Source: a bacterium (GTDB lineage Bacteria > Bacteroidota > Rhodothermia > Rhodothermales > UBA10348). Taken from it: a DNA stretch of 64,000 bases. The position numbers and the translations under genes are program-made. The stretch is from contig JABMOI010000035.1 in assembly GCA_013204185.1 (NCBI GenBank), positions 18,265-82,264 of the forward strand, given 5' to 3'. Under the pieces are notes generated by a model that searched no databases, had not been told where the DNA came from, and saw only the letters and a list, made by a program, of their open reading frames with translations. Positions 34,066 to 44,131 of the stretch are shown one piece after another (within the stretch, counting starts at the first letter, position 1; every line of letters starts with the position of its first letter).

Positions 34066-34527
34066 TTAGTATGAGTCCCCATCACCTGTTTGGGCCTCGT
34101 CTAGTTCCCCATCAAATGAGGAAACATCGGGAAGACCTCGAAACTCATACCCTGGCAAGCATTCGTCTTGAACAAAACGGACGGCTTCGTGCATAGCGGA
34201 GACAAACTTTCCAAAGTCCTCTTTATAAAGAAAGATTTTGTGCTTCTCATACCGATGTTCATCAATGCGTTTGCTTTCGGTGATCGTCAGAAAGAAGTCT
34301 TTACCAGAACGCGTTGTTTTCACGTCAAAAAAGTAGGTGCGTTTACCTGCTGGTACTCGTTTTGAATAAATCTCGTCCCGGTATTTTCCAGATGGACCGC
34401 GATCGTCGTTTTGATTGTCGTCGTTTTGATAGTTGCCATTAGAATCGTCGTAGTACGAATCGTCATCATAATCCCGATATCCGTTCTCTGAACGATTATA
34501 ACCTTCATTTTTCAGGTCCTCTGCCAT
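34066..34527 (-). CDS. DUF3276 / PUR-like nucleic-acid-binding protein with D/N/Y-rich N-terminal low-complexity region
   Basis: 153 aa. Core EIYSKRVPAGKRTYFFDVKTTRSGKDFFLTITESKR is the DUF3276 hallmark. Confidence 0.78.
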   Translation of the reverse strand: MAEDLKNEGYNRSENGYRDYDDDSYYDDSNGNYQNDDNQNDDRGPSGKYRDEIYSKRVPAGKRTYFFDVKTTRSGKDFFLTITESKRIDEHRYEKHKIFLYKEDFGKFVSAMHEAVRFVQDECLPGYEFRGLPDVSSFDGELDEAQTGDGDSY

Positions 34528-34764
34528 GGAGTCCTCGATTTTGTCTTCCGCGTCTTCCGAATTCCGCGTCCTCGGACCAGAATTTCTTCATAGGTAGCAC
34601 GTGAAATGCGATAATAAGTTGGTAGGGCGCATTTTTCGACAATATGCAAAGTCCCGAAAGAAAATACAATTGCCTCTTGAAATCAGTGTCTTCTCGAGGG
34701 GCATTTTGACCAGTGGAAGAGAACTACAATCGAGCTCAATCTGACACGGGCAATGGCTGAGAAT

Positions 34765-35568
34765 TTAACCCTTGAGCAAGCTCAAAATGAGTCGTTCAAG
34801 ATCGGCCTGAACGCCGCGCCCTACGTCGAGAACTTCTTGGTGATTTAGTTCTGCATTCCCGAGTCCCGCTGCAAAATTGGTAATTGTGCTCAGGCCAAGA
34901 ACCCGCATTCCCAACGATCTGGCTTGGATGGCCTCAGGTACGGTGCTCATGCCCACGGCATCTGCACCCAGCAGTTTAAATGCCCGGATTTCAGCCTTGG
35001 TCTCGTAGCTGGGTCCCAATGTCCACAAATAAGTCCCCTTGGACGTCGCGATGCCCAAGCTTGTAGCAACCTGTTGCGCCTTGTTGGTCCATGCTTCATC
35101 GTAGCAGGACGTCCCATACTCATACCGCGTTTTTGGGACGATCTCGGACCCAATGAGCGGATTTTTATGCGTCCAATTAATATGGTCGGTAATCCACATC
35201 AGCGTTCCCGGACTGAATTCAGGATGGATTCCGCCGGCTGCGTTGGTTAAGATGAGTTTGGAAACGCCTAGTTGAGAAAGCAGCCGAACTGGGAAAGTGG
35301 AATGCTGAACTTCATGGCCTTCATAGACGTGGAGTCGTCCTTGGACGAATACCACGGATGTGGATCCAATCGTGCCGAATACCAACCGGCCTACATGTCC
35401 TTCCACCGTGGAGGTTGGATATCCCGGAATAGTAGCAGTTTCGATGGTTACAGGGTTTTTCACCAAATCGGCTAATGCCGACAGTCCCGAACCCAAGATC
35501 AAACCAATTTCTGGTCGGGCATCGGTGTACTGCCTGACGGCTAGAACAGCTTCATCCAATTCATGCAT
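34765..35568 (-). CDS. punA: purine nucleoside phosphorylase (trimeric PNP/PunA type)
   Basis: 267 aa. LGSGLS, LILTNAAGG, GPSYETKAEIRAFKLLGADAVGMSTVPE. Confidence 0.9.
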   Translation of the reverse strand: MHELDEAVLAVRQYTDARPEIGLILGSGLSALADLVKNPVTIETATIPGYPTSTVEGHVGRLVFGTIGSTSVVFVQGRLHVYEGHEVQHSTFPVRLLSQLGVSKLILTNAAGGIHPEFSPGTLMWITDHINWTHKNPLIGSEIVPKTRYEYGTSCYDEAWTNKAQQVATSLGIATSKGTYLWTLGPSYETKAEIRAFKLLGADAVGMSTVPEAIQARSLGMRVLGLSTITNFAAGLGNAELNHQEVLDVGRGVQADLERLILSLLKG

Positions 35569-38239
35569 CGGGCAGTTCCTTTGGCCTTAGCCTTAAGACA
35601 ACCATGGTCATGTCGTCTGCTCGGCCCATTCCTTCAATGAAGTGATGGACGTCTTCGGTCATTAGGCGTAAGATTGCCGAAGCCGGTCGGGATCCAAACT
35701 GGTTGACTTTACTCAGCAGTCGATCGTCCCCATATAGATCGCGGCGCCTATTCATAGCCTCAGAAAAACCATCGGTATAAAACACCATGGAATCGCCGGG
35801 TTTCAAATAAACAGTTACCTGTTCAATGTTAGTGTCAAACCTCTCGCCATCTGCAAACCCAATTGCCATTCCTTTTGGCTGAAGCGCAATAGCTTTCGCT
35901 TTCTCGGCTTCGAAAAGGATCGCTGGGTTGTGTCCTGCTCGGGAGAAGGTAAAGGAACTGTCTGCTGGGTCAAACTCTCCGTAAATGACCGAAATAAAGG
36001 TACCGGCAGGCGCATTCATGCAGAAAAGATGGTTCAGCTTGCGCATTACCTCTGCTGCTCCCAATCCTTGTCGGCTCAATGTTTGGATGATGCCTTTGAC
36101 CAACGTCATAAAAAAGGCCGCTTGGATGCCCTTTCCGCTAACATCGCCGAGAATAAAAGCCATGCGGCCATTTTCTAGCTCAACAAAATCATAGTAGTCC
36201 CCACCTACCTCGGTTGCGGGTAAACACATTCCAGCTATTTCGAGCGACTCCAACGTCGGCATTTTCCGCGGAAGGAAGAATGTCTGAACCTGTTGCGCAA
36301 TTTCCAGCTCGCGTTTTACGCGTTCTTGGCCCGCCATTTCGGTGACATATCCGGGCACGTACGAGTCCGCGTCTTGGCCTGTTCGTTTACTGAGCACACC
36401 CAGAACACCGAGAATCAGAAGGGCAAGCACAAACAAAATGCCGAGCGTCAAGTCGATCCAGCTTGTAGAACCCGCCACCAAGAAGCCCTCGCTCAAATCC
36501 CAAATCATTTTGGACATGAACATGGCCACCAACAAGGTCAGGATATCGTAACGAATGTAAATAAAGGCCAGAATGAGCGAGAAAACAGCCGAAACAATGA
36601 CGCCCGTATAAGCCGATTCAACAGCAAACGGACCTACATCCATTACCGCACCCGAGAGCGCTATCAAAACAAAAACCAACCAAGACTTCTTCGTTCGCCT
36701 GAACGCAGCAGAGGACACGCCCACAATCCAAATCAATACATATAAATAGGCGGTTGAAAAAATTATAAATAGTATGGTTACAAAGGGCTGAGCCGAGGAA
36801 TCGGACACAAGCAGCTCTTTGAATTCTAGGCTCAAGTGGGGAAGTACGCTTAAGCAAAAGACACTCAGTCCGAGCAGTACACCTGCCATAGACAATCCGC
36901 GGAGCAAACTTGCACCAAGAGGGCGGTTGAGGAAGTCACCGTGCCGGAGCAAGATCAGGGTCTTTAGCTTGCCATCATCAAATTCCCTTACCACGGAATC
37001 GGTCACTCCGGAAACCATAAAGGCAAAAACCGCCACTCCACCTGCAGTAAACGAGAAGATCACCAAATTAAGCAAGATGGCAACCCACAAAGACGAGGAG
37101 TTGACGGCTTCCAATGGATCGGAAACAACTAGAATGGTTACTAAACCAACCATTGTACCCAGCACCATGGCATCGATCATGGCGCTTTTCAGGTCTAGAA
37201 GCCTGGCGATCATGCGCTTAAAAAAGACCACAACCAAAATCAAAGACAGCAACACAAAAAGACTAGCGCCAATAATGTCAAATACCGTAGCGATTGATGC
37301 CGTCTCGCTTTCTTCGCCCGCGTACTCCACTTTCAATTCCGACACCGTGCCCGTTGCTGGAATCGTGAGGCCAAGCTTGATGTTTTGTCCTGCAACAGGT
37401 TGAAGGGATTCGAACTCTACTCTTGCTAGCTTAATCCCACCTGATTCAAAAATTTCAATCGATTCGAGTTTTAATTCGGAATCACGAAAAACCGTTCGAT
37501 TCAGGTGAAAGAGGGCCAGTTTGTGGGCGGCCGCAGAGTCTACTCGAATGGGGCGATTTGCGGTCAGGTGTTCGATCAACGAGGTCTCAGCCGCCGTTTC
37601 TGTCGAACTTAAATCAAAGTATAGCGAGCGAGTGAACAGCGAATCTGGAAGAGGTCTCAACTGCGAAACGCCAGCTGCTTCACTGGTTGAATCGGTCATG
37701 AAAACAGCAGCCAAGGCACCGCGGTTTACTTTCTCGCGCGGATTCCCGAATCGTCTACCTTGGGCCCCAAGCGAGCGGGCAACCTCTGAAAACGTGAGAA
37801 TATCCCCGTTTTGCGCCAAATGCACTTCATAAAGGACCTGTGTACTAGATATAGAGCCTGAATTTTCTGGGTCCTTGGGAATCAGGAATTGGACCTTCCA
37901 GAAATAGGCTGCAATCTGATTGCGATTCTCAGATTCAAGAAATTCAACCGCTGTTTTGCGGCTGAGAGCTTGCTGAAGATTGAGAAGGAGGTCAGGGTTT
38001 CGGGTAAGTATAGATGAAGTCAGCAAGCCGTCAACACTGAGTTCCTGCTCGCTCAAAAACGCGGATGAAAGCTCAATGGCGTCTTCACTGGTGATCTCAA
38101 AAACGGCCGAAGAATCCGGGTGTTGGGAAGGTAGGAACAGGCCGAAAAATACCAATCCAATCAATCCCAACAGGGCCAAGAATAGATCCAGCCCGCTGAG
38201 GCTGTAGTCAGAATGCGTTGTGTGAGAGGCGTGGTTCAT
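35561..38239 (-). CDS. membrane sensor PP2C-type (SpoIIE/RsbU-like) serine phosphatase
   Basis: 892 aa. One N-terminal TM helix, ~300-aa extracytoplasmic region, ~9-10 TM helices. C-terminal PP2C motifs GGDYYDF, GDVSGKGIQAAFFM, YTDGFSEA, DDMTMVVL. Confidence 0.85.
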   Translation of the reverse strand: MNHASHTTHSDYSLSGLDLFLALLGLIGLVFFGLFLPSQHPDSSAVFEITSEDAIELSSAFLSEQELSVDGLLTSSILTRNPDLLLNLQQALSRKTAVEFLESENRNQIAAYFWKVQFLIPKDPENSGSISSTQVLYEVHLAQNGDILTFSEVARSLGAQGRRFGNPREKVNRGALAAVFMTDSTSEAAGVSQLRPLPDSLFTRSLYFDLSSTETAAETSLIEHLTANRPIRVDSAAAHKLALFHLNRTVFRDSELKLESIEIFESGGIKLARVEFESLQPVAGQNIKLGLTIPATGTVSELKVEYAGEESETASIATVFDIIGASLFVLLSLILVVVFFKRMIARLLDLKSAMIDAMVLGTMVGLVTILVVSDPLEAVNSSSLWVAILLNLVIFSFTAGGVAVFAFMVSGVTDSVVREFDDGKLKTLILLRHGDFLNRPLGASLLRGLSMAGVLLGLSVFCLSVLPHLSLEFKELLVSDSSAQPFVTILFIIFSTAYLYVLIWIVGVSSAAFRRTKKSWLVFVLIALSGAVMDVGPFAVESAYTGVIVSAVFSLILAFIYIRYDILTLLVAMFMSKMIWDLSEGFLVAGSTSWIDLTLGILFVLALLILGVLGVLSKRTGQDADSYVPGYVTEMAGQERVKRELEIAQQVQTFFLPRKMPTLESLEIAGMCLPATEVGGDYYDFVELENGRMAFILGDVSGKGIQAAFFMTLVKGIIQTLSRQGLGAAEVMRKLNHLFCMNAPAGTFISVIYGEFDPADSSFTFSRAGHNPAILFEAEKAKAIALQPKGMAIGFADGERFDTNIEQVTVYLKPGDSMVFYTDGFSEAMNRRRDLYGDDRLLSKVNQFGSRPASAILRLMTEDVHHFIEGMGRADDMTMVVLRLRPKELPDA

Positions 38240-38468
38240 GAAGGCGGGTTGGCAGCTACCGCATCATACAAAATCCGATGCAAACCATATCTATACGATT
38301 TTCTACTATTTTGATCCCTGATTGAAACGATTCAGTAGATGAATTTATTTGTGAAGCTGATGTCCTGCTTCGGATTGTGGTCCTTAATCAGTATTCAGTG
38401 GGCCTCACCCCCAGAAGCCCCATTCACTCCGGTACCGGATTTGAACCTCAAACGCCACGCGTTCCGAT

Positions 38469-39143
38469 TTAAGTTGTTTTAGCCCGAATGGCGTCTCGAA
38501 TTGCGCCCGCTTCAAAACCTCGTCGAATTAGAAACTGGATCACTTTGTGCTCGCGGGAGCGAAGGTCCGCTTCTTTTCGATACTTTCGTTCTGCCATGGC
38601 AATTTGTTGTTCAAGTTGAGATTCCCGCTCTCCTTCTGGATAGCTGGCTTTCAAAGCAATGTCCGCAAGCTCTGCAGGAACACCTTTATGAATAAGCTCT
38701 TGCTTAATCCTTATTGCGCCAAATCCTTTTGAACGAACACGAGACTCAACGAACATCCGCGCGAACTCACTGTCGTCAATCAGTCTCATTTCGTCAAGTT
38801 TGCCGACTGTTTTTTCAGATATAGATTCGGAAACAGCTAATTTAGTTAGTCGCGTTTGAATTTCCTTTCGCGTTCGAGGGCGGTACTGGATATAATCCAA
38901 GCAACGTTTCAAGGCTTTGAAATAAACGTCCTCGTCCACCAATTTTTGACAGGCGTCTTGGCTCAAGTTCATATCCTTCTTGAGGTCCTCGCGCATTACA
39001 ATATCGATGTGCAATCCAAAAGCGTAGGTCTCGTTCAAGAACACGGAGCACCTACTCGGGTCCTGTTTTTGAAAGGCAATGGACGTAATCGTTCCGCCAT
39101 TAGGTGGAATCGTAGGCAGTTCAATGGGCTTAATTCGTATCAC
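38469..39143 (-). CDS. recX: regulatory protein RecX
   Basis: 224 aa. Three-fold helical repeat pattern typical of RecX (...ALKRCLDYIQYRPRTRKEI...FVESRVRSKGFGAIRIKQELIHKGV...VIQFLIRRGFE). recA is not adjacent. Confidence 0.8.
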   Translation of the reverse strand: MIRIKPIELPTIPPNGGTITSIAFQKQDPSRCSVFLNETYAFGLHIDIVMREDLKKDMNLSQDACQKLVDEDVYFKALKRCLDYIQYRPRTRKEIQTRLTKLAVSESISEKTVGKLDEMRLIDDSEFARMFVESRVRSKGFGAIRIKQELIHKGVPAELADIALKASYPEGERESQLEQQIAMAERKYRKEADLRSREHKVIQFLIRRGFEAGAIRDAIRAKTT

Positions 39144-39163
39144 GCCTTTTCCTGTTTAAGAGC

Positions 39164-40066
39164 TTATTGTTTTGGAACGCTTACGCGAACAGAGTCAATG
39201 GAAACACCACCAACAAAACCAACGGCGCCAATGAGGTTTGAAATGGGCTCGCGTCCAACAGGGTCCAGCCTACTCGAAGCATATTGCGCGAACACGTCGC
39301 TACTTCTGAGCAGGGCAACCCTTAATTCATGAACGGGAAGAGGATCTGATTCTTTACTTACAGGCACTGCGTAGACCCCTTCCCATCGCCTAAGTGCTCC
39401 ATCGATTTGTGCGGACTCTTCGGAGAAGATAGCCGATGGAAGTAAGAAAAAGTCTACGATAGTTGATGAAAACGGTGTAATGGGGTTTAAGCTAGACTCA
39501 ATCCAACTATTTAGGGACGCATCTTCTGCTAACCAGTCAATAGATACTTGAACTGGATAAATATAACCTGTGCGAGTATTTAAGCTGATATTGAGCGAGT
39601 CTAAACCTAAATCCAAGGAGTCCAGCAGAACGGCAGCAACGGGCTTTAAGCCCACCTGAATGGACACGTCCTGAATAGATATGGCGAAAGGCGTGACTCC
39701 GGAAGCCGAAGCAACGTGATCACCCACTTGGACCGTTAGAGCATACACGGCTCCCGGTGGAACAATGACCGAGCCATTTCCGGCCGGCTCATACACTCCC
39801 TTTGAGTCTCCTGCATACACATAATCATAAAACTGATCATTCAAGCTTAATCGAACATGTGCATCCTCAACGTCCTTTTGATCTAGGAATCGTGAGGAGG
39901 AAAGGGGGGCAGCATACTTAACACGTATGGTTGGTAGGGGTTTTCCAACATCCAAATACGCCTCAACTACGAGCGTACCCGGGTCGCCCGGAAGTACCGA
40001 GTCGCAACTGGCAAATAGCGACAAGGAGACAATGGCAATGCATGCTATGAGGGCTAACCGTTTCAA
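39164..40066 (-). CDS. DUF4249-family lipoprotein (partner of the upstream TonB-dependent receptor)
   Basis: 300 aa. Lipobox LFASC. Position directly downstream of, and 4-nt overlapping, a CarboxypepD_reg-type TonB receptor, as is usual for DUF4249. Confidence 0.65.
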   Translation of the reverse strand: MKRLALIACIAIVSLSLFASCDSVLPGDPGTLVVEAYLDVGKPLPTIRVKYAAPLSSSRFLDQKDVEDAHVRLSLNDQFYDYVYAGDSKGVYEPAGNGSVIVPPGAVYALTVQVGDHVASASGVTPFAISIQDVSIQVGLKPVAAVLLDSLDLGLDSLNISLNTRTGYIYPVQVSIDWLAEDASLNSWIESSLNPITPFSSTIVDFFLLPSAIFSEESAQIDGALRRWEGVYAVPVSKESDPLPVHELRVALLRSSDVFAQYASSRLDPVGREPISNLIGAVGFVGGVSIDSVRVSVPKQ

Positions 40067-42699
40067 ATGCTCATTTTCAAATCAAAAAGTGGCAAAATAG
40101 GGAGGCCAAGACGGTCATTTGGTTTAAATACTTCAAGTGCCGGATCAAACGTGCGGCCAACCACATTCCGGCGATTCAACACGTTGTAGAGATTGAATCC
40201 AGCCGTCCAATCTGCGTTCGCCCATTTGAAACGATAGCTGAAGTTCACGTCAAACCTGAAATAAGCTGGCAATCGTCCGTTGTTCAACTCAGGATTGTGG
40301 AAAAACCAGGTGGCATTGCCGTTAATCGGGTCTACTAACTGGTAGCGGGATGTGGGAACAGTCAGGGGATATCCAGACCTCCAAATGACTGAAAACCCGT
40401 ACGTCCACTTCTCTCTTTCTCGTAGACTGACAAAAGAGAAAGATCTGGGAATTTCAAACCTGGTGGGTTTAAACGTCTCTTCGTTTAGGCCAGTGGTCCG
40501 ACTTTCAGCCTGTAAGCCTGAATAGGATGCTAACACCCTCCAGGAACGCCAGTCTGCTTCGATTCCAATTTCGACGCCGTAAGACCGCTCATTCCCAGCC
40601 GTGTGTTGCCCCAATAGGGTCGCGATTTCAATGCCTGGTCCCAGCAAGCCATCTTTGGACTGAAATTCGTCTTTTGGGAGTAGGATTCCGCTGCTTCCAC
40701 GAACGAAGAAATCAGTTCGTATGGTCATGTGAGGCACAATTTGGGATTCAAAGCCAATCGTTGCCTGCCCCGATCGCGAGGGCCGAGTACTCGCGTCAGT
40801 TGGAATCCACCGACTCGAGACCAAGTCATACAACAACGAGTGGCGATCCCGAATGCGCTGGATATACTGCATTTGGGTTGCGACGGAGGTCCGGATAATT
40901 AGCTTTTGGGGGTCCGCAGCATATTGAACGGTGAGGCGGGGGGAAGCTCTAAAGTGACTTCCTTTTCCGAAATAACTCAGGCGCAATCCCGGAAAAACGG
41001 TCCATTTGGACGTTGGTCGCCAAATATCCTGCACATATGCCGCCAGTTCTTGTGATTCAGACACGCTAGTTTCAGCAAGTGGTTCAATGAGCGTTGGGGA
41101 ATACGCCACAACTGCATCAATACTGGAATCAAACTTGTGCTTAACCACAGAGACCCCTGCGCGTACCTGATGATCAATTGTTGGATAGTAATCGAAGTCT
41201 ACCTGCGCACCTAGGTCTTCCAGAGCTACTCGGTAATTGGATTGAACAAAGGCCGATTGTGTTGGACGAATGAACGTGTTCTCGTATGCCTCATAGGTAG
41301 ACCTGAACACCGTGCTTGTCATAAACAACCGGTTGGAAAGCAGCCGTTGATATCGACCACTAATGATTCGATTTCGCCAATTCTGATCTACTTCAAAAAA
41401 CAGGTCGGCGGGACGTAACCAAGAAGCAAAGTCCAAGGATAAATCAAACGGCAATCGAAGGTCCAGTACATCTGCCCCTGCGTAATAAGACAAGGTAATG
41501 TGAGACCTTGGGTCGGGCCGATGGGATAGTTTTGCGCTCCAATCATAGAAGTAATATCCCGTTCTGAGCGTATCTCGGCGGCCAAAATCGTCTTCAACTG
41601 GATGGTCCTTTCCAATCAGTTTGTCAATGTAGGACCGACGCCCTGAGAGCATAAAGGACGTATTGGAGTTGATCGGACTCTCAATCAGGAAGTTTGCATT
41701 CAGCGCAGACAACCCGATCACAGCCCTTGGCTCCGTTCTCGCGCCGTCTCTTAGCTCGGCGTCCAAGACAGCAGAAAGACGCCCTCCATACTCAGCTGGA
41801 AAGGCACCTTTGTAAAACGCAATGTCTTTAAAGGTCTCTGTCTGGAACGTCGAAATGATGCTAAATGCGTGCCATGGATGGTAAATGGGGGCTCCATCAA
41901 TCAGATATAGATTTTGGTCAGGACCGCTACCTCTCACTAAAAGTCCCCCAGTGGCTTCCCCTGCCCGTTCGATACCCGGCATCCAGCGCAACGCTTCCAA
42001 CACATCACTGTCGCCAATTGCGGCAGGCAAAAGGGCCAGAAGGCGCGGGGACATGGATACAAGTCCTGGAGTCGCACTGAGGACGCTTCGATCCGAAGCA
42101 TCTCGCTCAATGGTCACGCCCTCAAGCAACTCGGCATTTGGGTACAGATTCAAATAAACTGGTTTTGACCCAACAACCAATGTGGTATCAAGCCGGACGT
42201 ATCCGATGTAGGATATCGTGATTCGCGTCTCACTCCCAGGAAGGCCGGGAAAAGCAAAAAATCCGGCATCGTTCGTAGAAGTTCCAGCGCCAATATCGGG
42301 CAGTAAAACATGCGCTCCGATCAACGATTCTCCCGATTCTATATCCGAAACGAAACCATTCAACACTAGCAGCCGAGACGTGTCGGAATCTGTGGAAGAG
42401 TTAAGCGGAATGAGGACGAATTGACTGCTGCTTACTTCTTGGGCTCTGAACGGCAGCCCAGAAACGATACAAATGATTGCATCTCGAGCGGAAGGCCCAT
42501 TATACTGGCAGGAGGTACGATACCTCTCGACCAATTGAGGGCTGTACACCACATCGACACCCGATTTGTCCCGAAAAGCGATGAGCGCTTCAGAAAGGGG
42601 AGTCCTCGAAAAATTCAGCTGAATGTTCTGCGCATATCCAATTGCAGGAAGCAACAGATATAGAAACAAAGAGATGAACAGGATCCGAGATAGCCGCAA
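40063..42699 (-). CDS. TonB-dependent receptor with N-terminal STN signalling domain and carboxypeptidase-regulatory-like domain
   Basis: 878 aa. Signal peptide. STN-like NFSRTPLSEALIAFRDKSGVDVVYSP. CarboxypepD_reg-like LNGFVSDIESGESLIGAHVLL. Plug and beta-barrel. Context with FecR and an ECF sigma. Confidence 0.85.
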   Translation of the reverse strand: MRLSRILFISLFLYLLLPAIGYAQNIQLNFSRTPLSEALIAFRDKSGVDVVYSPQLVERYRTSCQYNGPSARDAIICIVSGLPFRAQEVSSSQFVLIPLNSSTDSDTSRLLVLNGFVSDIESGESLIGAHVLLPDIGAGTSTNDAGFFAFPGLPGSETRITISYIGYVRLDTTLVVGSKPVYLNLYPNAELLEGVTIERDASDRSVLSATPGLVSMSPRLLALLPAAIGDSDVLEALRWMPGIERAGEATGGLLVRGSGPDQNLYLIDGAPIYHPWHAFSIISTFQTETFKDIAFYKGAFPAEYGGRLSAVLDAELRDGARTEPRAVIGLSALNANFLIESPINSNTSFMLSGRRSYIDKLIGKDHPVEDDFGRRDTLRTGYYFYDWSAKLSHRPDPRSHITLSYYAGADVLDLRLPFDLSLDFASWLRPADLFFEVDQNWRNRIISGRYQRLLSNRLFMTSTVFRSTYEAYENTFIRPTQSAFVQSNYRVALEDLGAQVDFDYYPTIDHQVRAGVSVVKHKFDSSIDAVVAYSPTLIEPLAETSVSESQELAAYVQDIWRPTSKWTVFPGLRLSYFGKGSHFRASPRLTVQYAADPQKLIIRTSVATQMQYIQRIRDRHSLLYDLVSSRWIPTDASTRPSRSGQATIGFESQIVPHMTIRTDFFVRGSSGILLPKDEFQSKDGLLGPGIEIATLLGQHTAGNERSYGVEIGIEADWRSWRVLASYSGLQAESRTTGLNEETFKPTRFEIPRSFSFVSLREREKWTYGFSVIWRSGYPLTVPTSRYQLVDPINGNATWFFHNPELNNGRLPAYFRFDVNFSYRFKWANADWTAGFNLYNVLNRRNVVGRTFDPALEVFKPNDRLGLPILPLFDLKMSI

Positions 42700-42820
42700 A
42701 ACGTGTGGCGCACAACAAGGCGAACGTGAAGGAGTCGAGGTTTCCGCTTATAGCCTTGCCAGTTGGCTGCGTTCCGGATTAGCTCTTTAGATTGGAATCT
42801 TGGAACAGATTCGCCTTCTG

Positions 42821-44077
42821 TTACCGCGTCAGGGAGTAAACCCCGGAACCGGCACTTTTTTCAACAGAGGCACCAAGCGCGGCAGCGACAATCTCCAAAA
42901 TTTCCTGAACACCTCGATTTTGCTCAAACGTACCCGTGAGCGGTGTTTTTTTCAAGGAATCAGAAAGCTCAATTTTGACTTCGTAGCGTTTGGACAACAC
43001 GTTAATGACTTCTTCCATGGGGGTATCCTTGAATACGATTAATTCGCTCCAAGCCAGCGCTTCAGTCAAATTAACCGCATTTACTGAAATTCCAGACTTC
43101 GATAAGATGCCTTGCATTCCAGGAGTGAGGATTTCCCCACTCGCTAAATTGCCTTCAGGCAACGTGATTCCTACTCGACCCGACACAAGTGTTACCACTG
43201 TTTCGCCGGACGGCAAGGTCTGCATCCCAAATGAAGTGCCTAAAACCGTTGTAAGTCCACTTTCTGTTTGAACAGTGAACGTTTTTGGAGACTCAACGAC
43301 ATCAAAAAATGCGGACCCTTCTAAATTGAGTGCCCTGTTGAATTCTCCACTCCAGGTCAAGGAGCTTGACGGCGAAAGTCTGGCCGTCGATCCATCTTCA
43401 AGGGTAAAGGTTCGAAGTTCGTTTGAAGCGGTTTCGATTCGGTTCAAATCCAGATCTGATTGTGGACCAAACTGAGTGATTCCAACCATCGTGAGCGCGA
43501 TCACAGCTGCCACTGAAACAGACCATCGAACAAGTCTCATCACAGGGAGGCCATTTCGTTTACCAGCCACCGCGCCGCGGTCAACTAGTTTGTTGTCGTC
43601 TTGTGACCTATCCAACGAGTCGTTCCAGCACCGATCAAAAACCGAGGCATCGTCCTGAATTCTAGAAACGATTCGCTCAATTGACGGGAAGTTTTGGATG
43701 GCAGTAGTCACGGATAACTCCGCAGCTTGAACTCCGGCTAGCTCTTCTTCATTCCAGTCTGTCTGATTCAGCTGTTCCCTGAGAGCAAAACGCACGATGG
43801 CTTCGCTGCTAGGAAATTCAGTCTGGATAGATTGTTTTACGTGCTCCGAGACCGAAATCCAATTCCTAACCGCCGTTCTCAATTGAGCATTCGATTCCAT
43901 GGCGACGCGAATCGCTTCCTGGTCTTCACGAGTGAAGGCGTCCAGAGCTAGAATATGTTCGAGGGAAAGGCTCAAGTAAGGAAGTAATGGCGGTTGAACA
44001 AACAACGTATCGCGCTGCGGACGTGGTTCATTCAGGTCAGAAAAAAATGGAGCGGACGCAATTCGCCCACTTATCAT
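42821..44077 (-). CDS. FecR-family anti-sigma factor / transmembrane sensor
   Basis: 418 aa. Central TM helix (WSVSVAAVIALTMVGI). Periplasmic FecR-like beta domain (TFTLEDGSTARLSPSSSLTW...FDV...F.VQT..G.TTVLGTSF). C-terminal DUF4974-like segment. Confidence 0.8.
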   Translation of the reverse strand: MISGRIASAPFFSDLNEPRPQRDTLFVQPPLLPYLSLSLEHILALDAFTREDQEAIRVAMESNAQLRTAVRNWISVSEHVKQSIQTEFPSSEAIVRFALREQLNQTDWNEEELAGVQAAELSVTTAIQNFPSIERIVSRIQDDASVFDRCWNDSLDRSQDDNKLVDRGAVAGKRNGLPVMRLVRWSVSVAAVIALTMVGITQFGPQSDLDLNRIETASNELRTFTLEDGSTARLSPSSSLTWSGEFNRALNLEGSAFFDVVESPKTFTVQTESGLTTVLGTSFGMQTLPSGETVVTLVSGRVGITLPEGNLASGEILTPGMQGILSKSGISVNAVNLTEALAWSELIVFKDTPMEEVINVLSKRYEVKIELSDSLKKTPLTGTFEQNRGVQEILEIVAAALGASVEKSAGSGVYSLTR

Positions 44078-44131
44078 GAAAGCCGCACTAGGTAGATGGA
44101 AAGTAACAGCCTTTTTTAAAAGAGGGCCATC

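Noticed and set aside
36293-37403. 150-aa and 194-aa plus-strand ORFs
   Set aside because: They are antisense to the polytopic membrane region of the SpoIIE-type phosphatase. Low-complexity basic or Ser/Thr-rich translations like these are typical of shadows of hydrophobic coding sequence.
38339-38482. 47-codon plus-strand ORF (MNLFVKLMSCFGLWSLISIQWASP...) with a signal-peptide-like start, and the 12-bp palindrome TCCGGTACCGGA at ~38428
   Set aside because: The ORF is below any reasonable length threshold, overlaps the recX 3' end and has no supporting motif. The palindrome has no loop and no T-run, so it is not a convincing terminator.
38856-39332. 158-aa plus-strand ORF spanning the recX/DUF4249 junction
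   Set aside because: It runs antisense across two well-supported minus-strand genes and their intergenic gap, with no motifs.
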